A stretch of DNA of 64,000 nt from Chiloscyllium plagiosum (lineage: Eukaryota). The notes beneath the pieces were generated by a model. The model did no database searches, was not told the origin of the DNA, and was given only the letters and a program-made list of their open reading frames with translations. Shown one piece after another: positions 36,416 through 47,759 of the stretch. The position numbers and the translations under genes were made by a program. How positions within the stretch are numbered: the first letter of the stretch is position 1; every line of letters starts with the position of its first letter. The DNA lies in assembly GCF_004010195.1 (NCBI RefSeq), contig NC_057752.1, forward strand, positions 5,634,971-5,698,970, written 5' to 3'.

Positions 36416-37440
36416 GATGGGGTTCTGTTTCAGGTTGATGACCTGTGGCTGTGGGGTTCCACAGGGGTCAGTGCTGAGTTCAAAACTCTTTACAATATAT
36501 GTTAATGACTTGGAGGAAGGCAGAGAATGTACTGTTGCCAAATTTGCAAATGCCACTACAAGGGCAGGTTGTGAGATGCATACAAACAGTTACAGAGAGA
36601 TTTTGATAGGTAAAGTGGGCAAAAAAAGTTGTCAAATGGGGTATAATGTGAGAAATCACAAAGTTGTACATTTTGGAAAGAAGAACAAAAGAACAGTATA
36701 TTATTTGAATAGAGAGAAACTACAGAAAGCTGCAATACAAAAGGATGTTGGGGTACTTGTGTACAAAACACAGAAAGCGAGCACACAGTTTCATCAGGTA
36801 ATCAGGAAGGCAATGGAATATTGGTCCTTTTTTCATAGGAGTACAAGAGTAGGGAAGCCTTACTGCAACTGCACAAGGTGCTGGGGAGACTATATCTGGA
36901 GTACCTTGAGCAGTTTTGGCCCCCCTACCTAAAGATCATATCACTTGAGGCTGTTGAGAGAATATTCACCAGGATATGCCCTGGTATGGAGGGATTGTCT
37001 TAAGAGCAAAAGATCAACAGGCGGGGACTTCACCCACTGGAGACCAGAAAAATGAGGCAATCTCACTGACACACACAGGATTCATAAGGGGTTCGACAGG
37101 GTAAATGCTGAGAGGATGCCCATCCCCATGGGAGAGTCTAGGACCAGAGGGCATCATCTCAGAACAAAGGGGTACCAATTTAGGACTGAAATAAGGAGAA
37201 ATTTCTTCTCTGAGGGTTGGGAGCCTTTGGAACTCCTTGCCACAGAGAACTGTGGGGCAGAGTCCTTGTGTAGATTTAAATCTGAGATAGATAGATAGAT
37301 TCTTGGCCAGTAGGGGAATCAAGGGTTATAGGGAGGAAGGGTAGAAAAGTGAATGTGAGGCATGCCAGACCAACCATGATCCCCCCAAAAGCAGAACAGA
37401 CTCGATCGGCAAAACAGCCCACTCCTGCTCCTACCTTCCA
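36415..37440 (+). mobile_element. CR1 RT C-terminal half + 3' UTR
   Basis: GVPQGSVLSSKLFTIYVNDL, KFA, KDVGV and SRTRGHHLR...RRNFFS. Confidence 0.88.
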
Positions 37441-38028
37441 TTGCCAATTGTCCTTGTTCAAAAATAAGGGGTCACCTGTTTAAAACAAAGATGAGGGAAT
37501 ACTTTTACTGCCAGAGGGTTGGGAATCTTTCTTCCTCAAAAGGCCAGGAGATGGAGAACCTTTAAATATTTTTAAGGTAGAGATAGGTAGATTACTGATG
37601 ACCAAGGGAATGAAAGATGATTGAGGTATATGCAAGAATATAGAGTTGAGGTTAAAAATCAGATCAACCGTGAGCTTATAGAATAGAATAGTAAGCTTGA
37701 AGGGGCATGTGACCTTCTGTAATGTCCCTATGTTCCAGTCTTTCCAATAAAGGGAAACATCCTTGCTGTGTTATTTAAGCGTTCACTGACTAGGCCGTCA
37801 TTATTTTCTCTTGCCCTCGAGAGCACGGTGGCAAGTCGCCCTTCCCAAACTGCCACAGTACCCTACGTGGTGCAGGGGCACCCTGCACTGCGCTGCGAGG
37901 GGGGAGCCCCAGGGTCCTGACACTGAAGGAATGGCCTATACACCTCCATGTCAAGATGAGTTCGCAGGGGCAGCAATGATAACAGTTCTTTGGTCTCTTC
38001 AAGTAGAAAGGAAGTACAAGTGGAAAGT

Positions 38029-38127
38029 ATTGAGAGAGTGGTGCTGAAAAAGCACAGCAGGTCAGGCAGCATCCGAGGAGCAGGAAAATCGACGTTACGA
38101 GCATAAACCCTTCATCAGGAATGATAC
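38029..38127 (-). mobile_element. 99-bp tail-less PLE mini-insertion (hammerhead 38087-38122, GAAA mutated to GTAA)
   Basis: TSD TACAAGTGGAAAGT (38015-38028 / 38128-38141). Confidence 0.9.
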
Positions 38128-38739
38128 TACAAGTGGAAAGTGTGAATGGTGACGCTAGTATGTACAAGAATGAGCTACAAATTTGGCTTCTCCGTCAGTT
38201 ATCTGACGCAGTGACCCTGAGAAAGATTCACTTGCTGAGAAGCTTAATGCTTTGGTGGCATTTGCAGCCAAGGCACAAGCTTTCTCAGCATTAAGGTGAC
38301 TTGTTCTGAAGCACTTGCTTAGCTTGCACATTCCTTTTAGAGTGCCAGGCCAGTACAGTCTGGCCTGTAAACCTGGTTCTGCAAACATTAATACAGTAAA
38401 TAAACCCTGTACTGCTGACACTGAGGGGTGTGCCTTTAGAAATTTACCGAAACTTCAAGAGTCTGAGTGTGCAGATTAGGACTGCATCTGTCAAGTATTT
38501 ATCTTCATGGCAAAGTGTGCACTAAATATTGGTTTATTTAAATAAATTAGACTTCTTAACTAAACCTTTGTTCTTTTAGCAATGTTGGATCCCAGAGGCC
38601 TACAAACACATGCATGTCCAGCATTCCTGGGCTACAAATGAGGGGGATGAGTTCTTGTGTTATTTAGGGGCAGGTATCTCCTTCACCCAAAGTCATTGAA
38701 AGTTTTGGTGAATAGAATCCAGATCCCACTCAATTCCAT

Positions 38740-38985
38740 ATTCACACTCCAAGTGTCAGCAGTAGTACTATTCTTGCTTCGAAGCCATAAGGTCCGGAAT
38801 TGAAGCCACATTCCGAATACACACTTGATCTAGGCTGACACTCTTTGTGCCAGTACTGAGTTCTACTCTGAGGTGGAGTTGGTCCCACGATTCCAGTGTC
38901 CTCTCTCTCGTATTAGGTTTATGTGAATCCTGTGGATCTCATTAAAGAAGAACAGGGAATATTTATTCCCCAACCAGTTAAGGGC
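38740..38985 (+). mobile_element. Decayed Deu-domain (SacSINE1-like) SINE
   Basis: ATCTAGGCTGACACTC...CAGTACTGAG and AAGAAGAACAGGG...ATATTTATTCCCCAACC, the reverse of motifs in 14450-14755. Confidence 0.5.
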
Positions 38986-39094
38986 CTCAATTGGTAGTAG
39001 AGTTAGAAACCTGACCATGGAAAATCCCACCCAGTCCTTAATTCAGTCAGAGATGGGAAGATGGCAGGGTTTGGGTGCTGTAAGTGACACAGAA

Positions 39095-39467
39095 ACGTAT
39101 ACAATAGAAGCAGGAGTAAGCCATTTGGCCCTTTGAGCCTGCTGCACAATTCAGTAAAGTTGTGGCTGATCATCCAACTCAGTCCCCTGTTCCCACTTCC
39201 TCCCCATACCTTTTGATCCCTTGGCCCCAAGACCCATATCTAACCCCTTCTTAAAAACAATGTTTTGGCCTCAACCACTTTCTATGGCAGTGCATTCCAC
39301 AGGCTCACCATTCTCTGGGTGAAGACATTTCTCCTCATTTCAGTCCTAAGTGGCCTACCCCTTATCCTTAAATTGTGATCCCTGATTCTGGACTCCCTGG
39401 TCAATGGGAACATCCCATTGTGTTTACCCTGTCTGGTCCTGTTAGAATTTTATAGATTTCTATGAGA
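39095..39467 (-). mobile_element. CR1 3' end
   Basis: AATAGAAGCAGGAGTAAGCCATTTGGCCC...CATTCCACAGGCTCACC. Confidence 0.8.
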
Positions 39468-39995
39468 TACTGTCCAGTTTTGGTTGCTCAGTTATAGGAA
39501 GGATGTCATTAAGCTGGAGAGGGTTCAGAAGAGATTTACCAGGATATTGTTGGGTGTGGAAGGTTTGAGTTATAAAGGCTGGACAGGCTGGGACTTTTTT
39601 TCAGTGGAGCGTAGGAGGTTGAGACGTGACCTTTATAGAAGTTTATAAAATAATGAGGGGGTGTAGATAGAGTTAATGGTAGCTGTCTTTTGCCTAGGAT
39701 GGGGGACTTCAAGACGAGGGGTCACATTTTAAGGTGAGAGGAGAGAGATTTAAAAAAGACATGAGGGGCAATTTTTTTTACAGAGGGTGGTTCACATGTG
39801 GAATGAACTTTCTGAGGAAGTGGTGGATGTGGGTACAATTGCAATGTTTAAAAGACGTTTGGATAAGTACATGATTAGGAAAGGTTTGAAGAGATATAGG
39901 CCAGGAGAAGGCAGGTGGGACTAGTTTAGTTTGGGATTATGTTTGGCAAGGACTGGTTGGACCAAAGGGTCTGTTTCTATGCTGTATGACTATGA
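39468..39995 (+). mobile_element. HER1/CR1 3' end
   Basis: Closely similar to 6900-7418. Confidence 0.88.
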
Positions 39996-40942
39996 GAAAC
40001 TATAATGGTGACTTTATCAATGGTGGTTGTCAATTTTAGAAACAACCTCTGGTGATTTCATAGACTATTGGAAAAACAGCACTGGAAATCTTTTTAGCCA
40101 ATGGTAAGCCAGCTCTCGTGACCTTCCTGGCCTTTTTGGATAATTACAAAGTTGTAGTGATTGTGGTAATAGAAAAATGCACATTTGCTGACTCACCAAC
40201 TGAAGCCTATCATTGTTGAATTTTGTCTGCAGAAGGCATTCAAAATGAGTCCTTCAAAAATAAGCAAACAAGCTATTCCCGAGTCACGAATCTTAGTGGG
40301 TGAAGAGTGCTATCAAGGTCATGGCTCCTTTCTCCCCCCCGACCCCTGCAAAATTAAGTGTTTTTAACCCACCAACAAAAATGTGTTTCATTAGGTTCCT
40401 TCCTCTTCTCAAATATCAGAAAAGACTTTGCTTTAATTTAACTTATTCATAAGATGCAGGTGTTGCTGATAAGGCCAGCATACTCATCCCTAATATTTTT
40501 GCTCTTAAAAAGTGGTGATGAGCTGCCTCATTGAACTGCTACAGGTACATTTGCTGTAGGTATTCTGTGCTGTCACATCAGAAGTTCCAGGATTTTGACC
40601 TAGTGATGCTGAAGAAACTGCAAAATATTTCCAAGTCTGGATGGTGACACTCTTCTCTTAGGAGAGATTGAGGAGATTGGGCCTGTATTGTCTGACGTTT
40701 AGAAGAATGAGGCAATCTCATAGTAATTAACAACATCTTTAAAAGGGACAGACTGAGGAGATGTAGCTAGGATGTGGTGTCTAGGAACTGGAGACAGTCT
40801 CTGAGTAAAAGGCAAGCCATCTAGGACTCAGCTGAGAACGAACATAGCTCAGACAGTGGTGAATTGTTGGAATTCTTGACTCCAAAAGGCTGTTGAAGTT
40901 GAGTCATGAACTAAGCTCAAGACAGAGACCAATAGATTTCTG

Positions 40943-41500
40943 GAGCAGAATCTTACTTTTTTTAGCTAAATAAGAATTGCATGGGTATTTTAGAGAGTTT
41001 ATTATTAGATTTAACCAAACTTGCCTCATTAACTACTACACCTCCCATGGCATCGCTCACATCTGACTGTCCCTGCCTTACCATGCGCTATTCATGGAAC
41101 AACTTACCACTCAGCGGATACCTGCCGAAAGGCCAGCATCCCTTGTGCCTGCTGCTCCTTGAAAAGCGTACTGTGCATCCAGACATGCCTGTCAGCCTGA
41201 CGCTGCCCTGCACAGTTCCTGACATTTTCCTCCACTGTGGCAGATAGGGAAATTGGTGCTCTGCTTTATGGACAGGGACCTAAAGGTCCAGCTGGACAGA
41301 GCGGTGCAGATGCAGGATGACCTGTTCCAGGCAGTAGAGGACACCAGATCATGCCAGCCTGGTCTGAGGTTGCCATCTGGGCCAGTGCAGTCTAAGACAT
41401 CTGAAGGAATCTCCAGCACTGTAGGAAGAAAGTCAAAGACCTTCCCCACTCCTCCAATTTAAGTACCACCGTCTTCTCTCTGATATCTCACACTCACATG
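40943..41500 (+). mobile_element. PIF/Harbinger-type relic with a Myb/SANT-like ORF remnant (~41236-41452)
   Basis: Across a frameshift: LCFMDRDLKVQLDRAVQMQDDLF ... PAWSEVAIWASAV*DI*RNLQHCRKKVKDL. This fits the F-x-D-x-D-L / W-x-x-VA / R-x-x-x-QC-x-KK-x-x-DL pattern of Harbinger Myb/SANT (trihelix) proteins. Confidence 0.6.
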
Positions 41501-41617
41501 GACTGGTTGGACTGAAAGGCTTGTTCTATACATTTATTCAAAAGTCCTATAATATCACTTTCTGTCATCATCCAATCATATGCATCTGAAATTATTCCAA
41601 TTATGTTTAGCCTACCA

Positions 41618-42125
41618 CATAGAGTCATAGAGATATACAGCACAGAAACAGACCTTTTGGTCCAACACATCCACGCTGACCAGATATCCTAAATTCATCT
41701 AGTCCCATTTTCCAGCACTGGGCCCATATCACTCTAAATTATTCCTATTCATATTCCCATCCAGATGCCTTCTAAATGTTGTAACCATACCAGCCTCCAC
41801 CACGTCTTCTAGCAGCTCATTTCATACACGCACCACTCTCTGCGTGAAAGCATTGCCCCTTACATTCCTTTTAAATCCTCCCCCTCTCACTTTAAACTTA
41901 TGCCCTCTAGTTCTGGACTCCCCACCCCAGGGAAAAGACCTTGTCTATTTACCCTATCCGTGCCCCTTATGATTTTGTAAACCTCTATAAGGTCACCCCT
42001 CAGCCTCCGACGCTCCAGGGAAAACAGCTCCAGCCTATTCAGCCTCTCCCTATAGCTCAAGCCCCTCAACCGTGGCAACATCCTTGTAAATCTTTTCTGA
42101 ACCTTTTCAAGTTTCACAACATCCT
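41618..42125 (-). mobile_element. HER1/CR1 3' end
   Basis: [13 protein letters not shown]...[19 protein letters not shown] and a (CATAGAGT)-type tail. Confidence 0.92.
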
Positions 42126-42193
42126 CACCTGACTGTGTTTTATGGCTAACCTGTTTAAACACTGTTTGCAGGCAGTTGGAATTTGTTTTATTT

Positions 42194-43049
42194 TTTCTCA
42201 GGAACACACTTACTGTAGCACCAGGCAGCTCAGCGTCAGTCCCCTGAACTGAGTAGATTCTAAATCCCTTGTTTATACATTTTTTTCCTTTTTTGTTTCT
42301 TTTCTTTTTATATTTTTTCTCTCCGTACCCCTCACTACCACTTAACTGCAGCAGTGCTTATATTTTCCCCAGCACCCATGTTGTGTGTGTGCAGGTGTGA
42401 GACACAGTGAAAGACAACAGGTGATTAAATCTTTATTCAATTTCCACCACCAGGAAGAAAGGAAACACCCAAGTGGCCAGTGACAAGCAATGCCGTTCTC
42501 ATCAGAGGGCAATGTTGTGTGATCAAAAAAGTGAAGGGAAGGGTAGGGATTAAATCAAAATAGAGTTGGAGAGGGAAATAAAGCACTCCACTCCCTGCGG
42601 TACCCCACCTGTCCCTGAACAGCTCAAGGGTGTTGGTAGATACCATGTGCTCCTTCTGCAGAGACACCCAGGCTCGACCATAGCCGTGGAAGAGGGACAG
42701 GCAATCGGCCTTAACGACCCACTCCACGGCCCGCTTTATGGCCAGTTTGTCCAGGCCCAGGAGCAGACCCACGAGGAGGTCCTCTGACCTGCCCTCCCCC
42801 CCCTCCCCACAGGGTGCACAAAGATCAGGAGCGTAGGACTGAAGTGCAACCAGAAACAAAGAAGAAGGTTTTTAAGAAAATCAAAGAGGGAGTGCAAGTA
42901 CCCACACCCACTCCACAGCACCACACAACAAGCAGTCAGGCTGGGAGTCCATGAACCACCGCAATCTGCGGTTGCAGGAAACTGCCACATGCAGCACCCT
43001 CCACCCCAGATCCCCAAGAGAAAGGGGGAGACTCCCGAGTAGAGAGCCC
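42194..43049 (-). mobile_element. Tx1/L1-clade non-LTR retrotransposon, 5'-truncated (ORF2 C-terminus + 3' UTR)
   Basis: RALYSGVSPFSLGDLGWRVLH...CLLCG, FWLHFSPTLLIF and LLVGLLLGLDKLAI...FRDRW. 17-bp TSD TGGAATTTGTTTTATTT (42177-42193 / 43050-43066). Confidence 0.82.
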
Positions 43050-44129
43050 TGGAATTTGTTTTATTTCAGTTGAAAGAAGTCTGCCGAAGAATAGGCTAAT
43101 TAGCTGAACTCCCTGTTTCTGAAACATCCTTGTGAATTCAGTGCAAGATCTGATTCTCAACTTAAAGACCAACTGGAAGAATTGTCATTGTTGTGTTTCC
43201 CAAGCAACATGCATGTGCTCAGACCTCGGAGACAACAGTGATTCCTGAGCACTAGATCAATAGCCATCTGAACATACCACACCTTATCCTACTGTTTCTT
43301 TCAAGAGCTAACCACTATTGGCCAAACATGTTTTATTTCACAAAATGAGTATGATAAATGTGTTCATCTTCCATTACCTGCTGTACTTGTGTTCATAGTA
43401 CACAATTGTATTTTCATATGTGTGTTAACCAAATCTGCATTTTGTGTGGAATAAGTTTTGATTTATAATCGTTTTGTGCTTATTAAAGAACAGTCATTTT
43501 TATTTTACGTCTAATGTAAAGAAAGCATCCAGCTGGCAACATCAGGAATGGAGTAAAACAAATTTAAGTTTTGACCCAGGGCATAAATGGCTATCACAAG
43601 GGGGCATAATTTTATGGTGAGTGCAGCAAGGTTTAGGGGACAAAAGAACTGCTGCAGATGTCTTCAAGCTGTTAAAATTGAGAAAGGTTTGATTATCATG
43701 TTTCTTTTACTCCCATTGTTATCTGCTGTAATGCATTTTCCTGTGTTTGCATCTTGCTGCTGCAGGTATGAAATGTACAACAACAACAAAAGAGGTCTGA
43801 TATGTGTATACATGTATAAATTGCACAACAATTTACCAGAGAATCAAATTCACATAGTAATTTACAATTGGGTGCAATAGGGGAAGGAAGTGGTTGGTGT
43901 GTGTTGCAATGTTATATGTAAGAAAACAAATGTGTTCACACCATTGGTCACTGAAGCAAAAAAAGTTCTGTTCTCTCATTATATAACTGCTTGAGTTCAA
44001 GTAGATCACATGTTTTAAACATGATTTGAGACAGTTTGACAGTGATGTGAAGATTGGGATGTTGCACAGTAATCATACTCCTTAGCATTTTGGAAATCAG
44101 ATTTATCATGGAACAGCCTTCTTTTAATT

Positions 44130-44700
44130 ATTGAATGAATGGTTTTTATTGTCAGATGTATTTTGCTGTGAGAAATGCAATAAAATACAGTGAAAAGCTT
44201 TCATGCATCAACACAATACAGCACCATTTTGATAGCTTCAGAATGAGAAAAATGAAAATATGGTTTGAGAATACATCCCTCTGCACCAGAGTTCTGACCC
44301 GCTCAGAACAACTTCCATCTACGCCCGACCCAACTAAGGTCGCAGTCGCTGTTCTCAGACGCCATCTTTTGCCACTGGGCCAATTCACCTCCGCCACTGC
44401 CTGCGGCCCACCTCTGTAACCATGATGCTCTTCTCACACTGCCACCACCAGTGCCAGACCCAACCAACGAAGTCACCGATCCTCAGGCACTAGCTTTTGC
44501 TGCTAGGCCTACCCCACTGACATTGCCTCAAGGCTCACTCTCCCTGGGGTAACTCGCTGCTGCAGATGCCATCTGAACTCTTTAGTGAGTGAAGTAAAAG
44601 AAAAGAAAGAGGGGAAAAAAGAAACGAAAAATAGAAGAATGGGAATAAAATGGGAGATTATATTTGTTATTTTCTAAAAAGGGAGCACGCCATGAATCAT
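44130..44700 (-). repeat. Unclassified non-autonomous retroposon-like repeat
   Basis: Shares TTTATTGTCA...ATACAGTGAAAAG...CCAT(T/C)TT with 50790-50870. The minus strand ends TGACAATAAA plus a short tandem tail. Confidence 0.45.
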
Positions 44701-45479
44701 GTACCTGGTAATACATTGAGTCGAGATAATGACCTAAACCAGAAGAGGACAAGCAGCTTGGCCATGTCCTCTTATTTCCTGCACCCCAAATCTCTTTCTT
44801 GCGTAATCGTTTTTTTTAATCAATGCAGCTTAAAAGTTGGCAAAATAAAGCTGACATTAATCTAGTGCCACTCTTGTGTCATTATTTGTTTCAGATCTCA
44901 GCCTTGTGTATATGTAGCAAGTTTTCTGCTGTTAAGTTTAAAGAATCTATGCCAAAAACAGCTAGATTAACACTTGTCGCAACTCGACCACTCAAACAAG
45001 TCCGGACTTTGAATGTAGATTTCAATGTCATGCTAATTGATGTTAAAGGCAGTTCAGAGCTTATTTTGAAAGTGCTGTTTCCGTCCAGGTCCTTGTACCT
45101 CTAGTAGTAGGAAGAAAGGAAAGCTTGTCATTATTTTTAGAACAGGCTTGTATCAGGTTCGTATCAGCCCCATTTAATTCAACTGTAGAGCTGACAGAAA
45201 ATTGCATTTGGAGGAGTTTTGTCTTCAGGCCAGCAATCTTGTGCAGCCATTTTTAAAAAAAATCCAAAGAAAGCACAGCAAATTCAAACACGTTTTACCA
45301 ATAACACTCCCCCAGCCCCCTTTTCAGGTCTCTGAATATGTGCTGGTAATGCAGACATGCCAATGCACATGACATTGCAAAATACAGTTACAAATTCCAC
45401 CTAACACACAATTTTATTTTGTGTTGTCTTCAGCAACATGAGCCATAAAAAAGACTTGCACCTTTCACAGCCACTGGAT

Positions 45480-45870
45480 ATCTCAATGCTCTTTACAGCC
45501 AATTGACTACACTTGTTCAAAGAGTACTCTATGTTAAAATGTAGGAAACAGCGGCTAATTTGTGGACAGCAATCTCCCAGAAACAACAATATGATAATTG
45601 TCAGGTAATTTCTTTTTGTGATGTTGGTTAAGAGATAAATTTTAGGAATGACACTAGGGAGAAATTCCTTGCTCTTTTAACTTAGTGCTCCAGGATCTTA
45701 TGTTCACAGAGTGGGCTGATTTATTTAACCTTAACTGAAAGGCAGCACCTCCAACAGTTCCACACCACCTCGGTACTACACTGGAGTATCAGCCCCAATC
45801 TTTGTGCTCAAGCCTTGGAGTGGGACTTAAATCAACTCCCTTCAGACTCAGAGACAATTGTTCCCAGCTG
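45480..45870 (-). mobile_element. Deu-domain SINE (SacSINE1/AmnSINE-like)
   Basis: Tail GCTCTTTACAGCCAAT, Deu core TTGTGATGTTGGTTAAGAGATAAAT, and head GGAGTGGGACTTAAA...TTCAGACTCAGAG. Confidence 0.75.
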
Positions 45871-46549
45871 ACACATCCAGATCTTGGGGTTGACCTTCGC
45901 CCACCAGACAATGGGGCTGTTGCAACTAACTGCCCACATCTTCAGCATGGGAAAAACTGGGGATAAATCAGTGAGGTGGTCGGGGGTGGGTGGGGTTGTA
46001 AATGACAGGTACATGCAAGTAAGTGTGTACACCATAGATTACATCAATTGCAATAGCCAACAGTTGCAAACTCCTGGTAAAATTCACTGTTCAACATTGA
46101 GGGTGGTACTGAGGGATTGATGGGCTTGTAACAGTTGTTGATTGATGCCAAACTCAATATGGGATTAGAAAATCAAAATGTAATTCTTTTTACTCGTAAT
46201 ACTGGGACACCATGCTCATGGCAGAGCATATTATTTTGTAGTTGTGTTGTGCTCTGAAGATTTCCTCTGCATAACATCAAACTCCGCTTATATTTGGCTA
46301 TTTTAGAATTGCTATCTAATAGTGAGTTGGTGGCAGGCAATGGCGGTGGCATATCCATTTGAGAATGTTCCTCAGAAGCACTTTGGAACATTTTCACAGT
46401 GTTAGAAAGGTTTTTATACAAGCACAGGTTATTGTTTTGCTGCTGATTGCTTGGTCTGCTCAAAAGTTGGATTTGGTGAAAACCAAAACAGTCATTTGTT
46501 CTAGACTCAGATCAGTTCTGTAGCAAGTACTCTGAGCAATGAACCTTCT

Positions 46550-46990
46550 CATACACAGGTGCACAGCCTGACATGGTAATGCAATGGTGGAATCCCAAAC
46601 TCTAATCAGAAAAAAAACATTGGACTCGCCCCACTCAGTAACCATGGTAATGAGAATACTGGCTTTTTGTATTTTAAAAAAATACTTTCTGATTCACTAA
46701 TGCTCTTCAGGAAAGCAAATCTGCTGTCTTTACGCAGTCTGGTCTGCATGTGACTCCAGACCTACGGAAGTTTGGTTGACTCTTAACTGCCCTCTTTAAA
46801 AAGAATGGCTAAGCAAGCCACCTTGTCCTATCAAACTGCAACATTTTAAGAAAAGAAAAATTCTGTTGGCATAACTACACCAAATGGACTGCAGTAGTCA
46901 AGCAAATAACTCATCACTACCTTGTCAAGGACAATAGGAATGAGTGACCCAGCCAGCAATACTCCCAACCCAACACCAAATAAGTGAAAA
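46550..46990 (+). mobile_element. SINE family B (long variant)
   Basis: GATTCACTAATG, CATGTGACTCCAGACC and TGGTTGACTCTTAACTGCCCTCT. Confidence 0.65.
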
Positions 46991-47759
46991 GAACAACAGT
47001 AAATTTGTTAGCCAATCAATAGATAAGCTATCCAATGGCTTATTGTCTGAGCTGGGTTACATCAATTCAGCCAGAGTCAACTCTTGGCCTCCGACCCCTT
47101 CAGCTTGGGAAGTGATCGACGATAGGGTCCCTGCTGTATCCTGAGTGTGCAGTTACACACAAAGCGGGAGTAAGATTCTGTGCTTGGGTGCAGTCATTCC
47201 CATTTGTTCCACATAGTTTGTTCTTCTGTCAAGATTTGTAGTGCAGCCAAAAGGGAGGGGTGCTAAAGTGAGGCCTGTGACCTTGGAGGTGGACCTCCCT
47301 TTCAGCCAGCATTCTTGGGACATAAAATTTAGAGGCGAGAAGCTTGTTGTTAAAATTAGAGACTTTAAATTTTAGTGTCCAGTAACATTTAATTGAGATC
47401 TTGCTCAAGTTAAAGCAGTCCCATTTATCATTGTTATGCATTGCATTATATCGGATTAGCTGTGTTTAACAGGCTGCATCATCACTCCTCTAGGGGGAAT
47501 GTTGGAGGCATGTAGTCTGATTTTGATTAATTTGACACACAAATAACTGATTGATTGCACAACACTGTCTGAGGCAGACTCCATTAGTAGTGAATCAGGG
47601 CCTGCCTGAAATAATGTACAGATTCCACATTCTCTCAATTGTAGCACCCCACCCCCTCACCCACCAGGTTGCCTGCGGTCACCTCATGTCACAGGGGAGG
47701 ATATGGGACTGTGGGAAAGATCGACATTCCCTCTTTCCAAACGCCTGACCACATTTTCA

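Noticed and set aside
44823..45104. 93-aa ORF with a possible acceptor at ~44894
   Set aside because: No recognisable domain and a weak donor. Length is within chance expectation.
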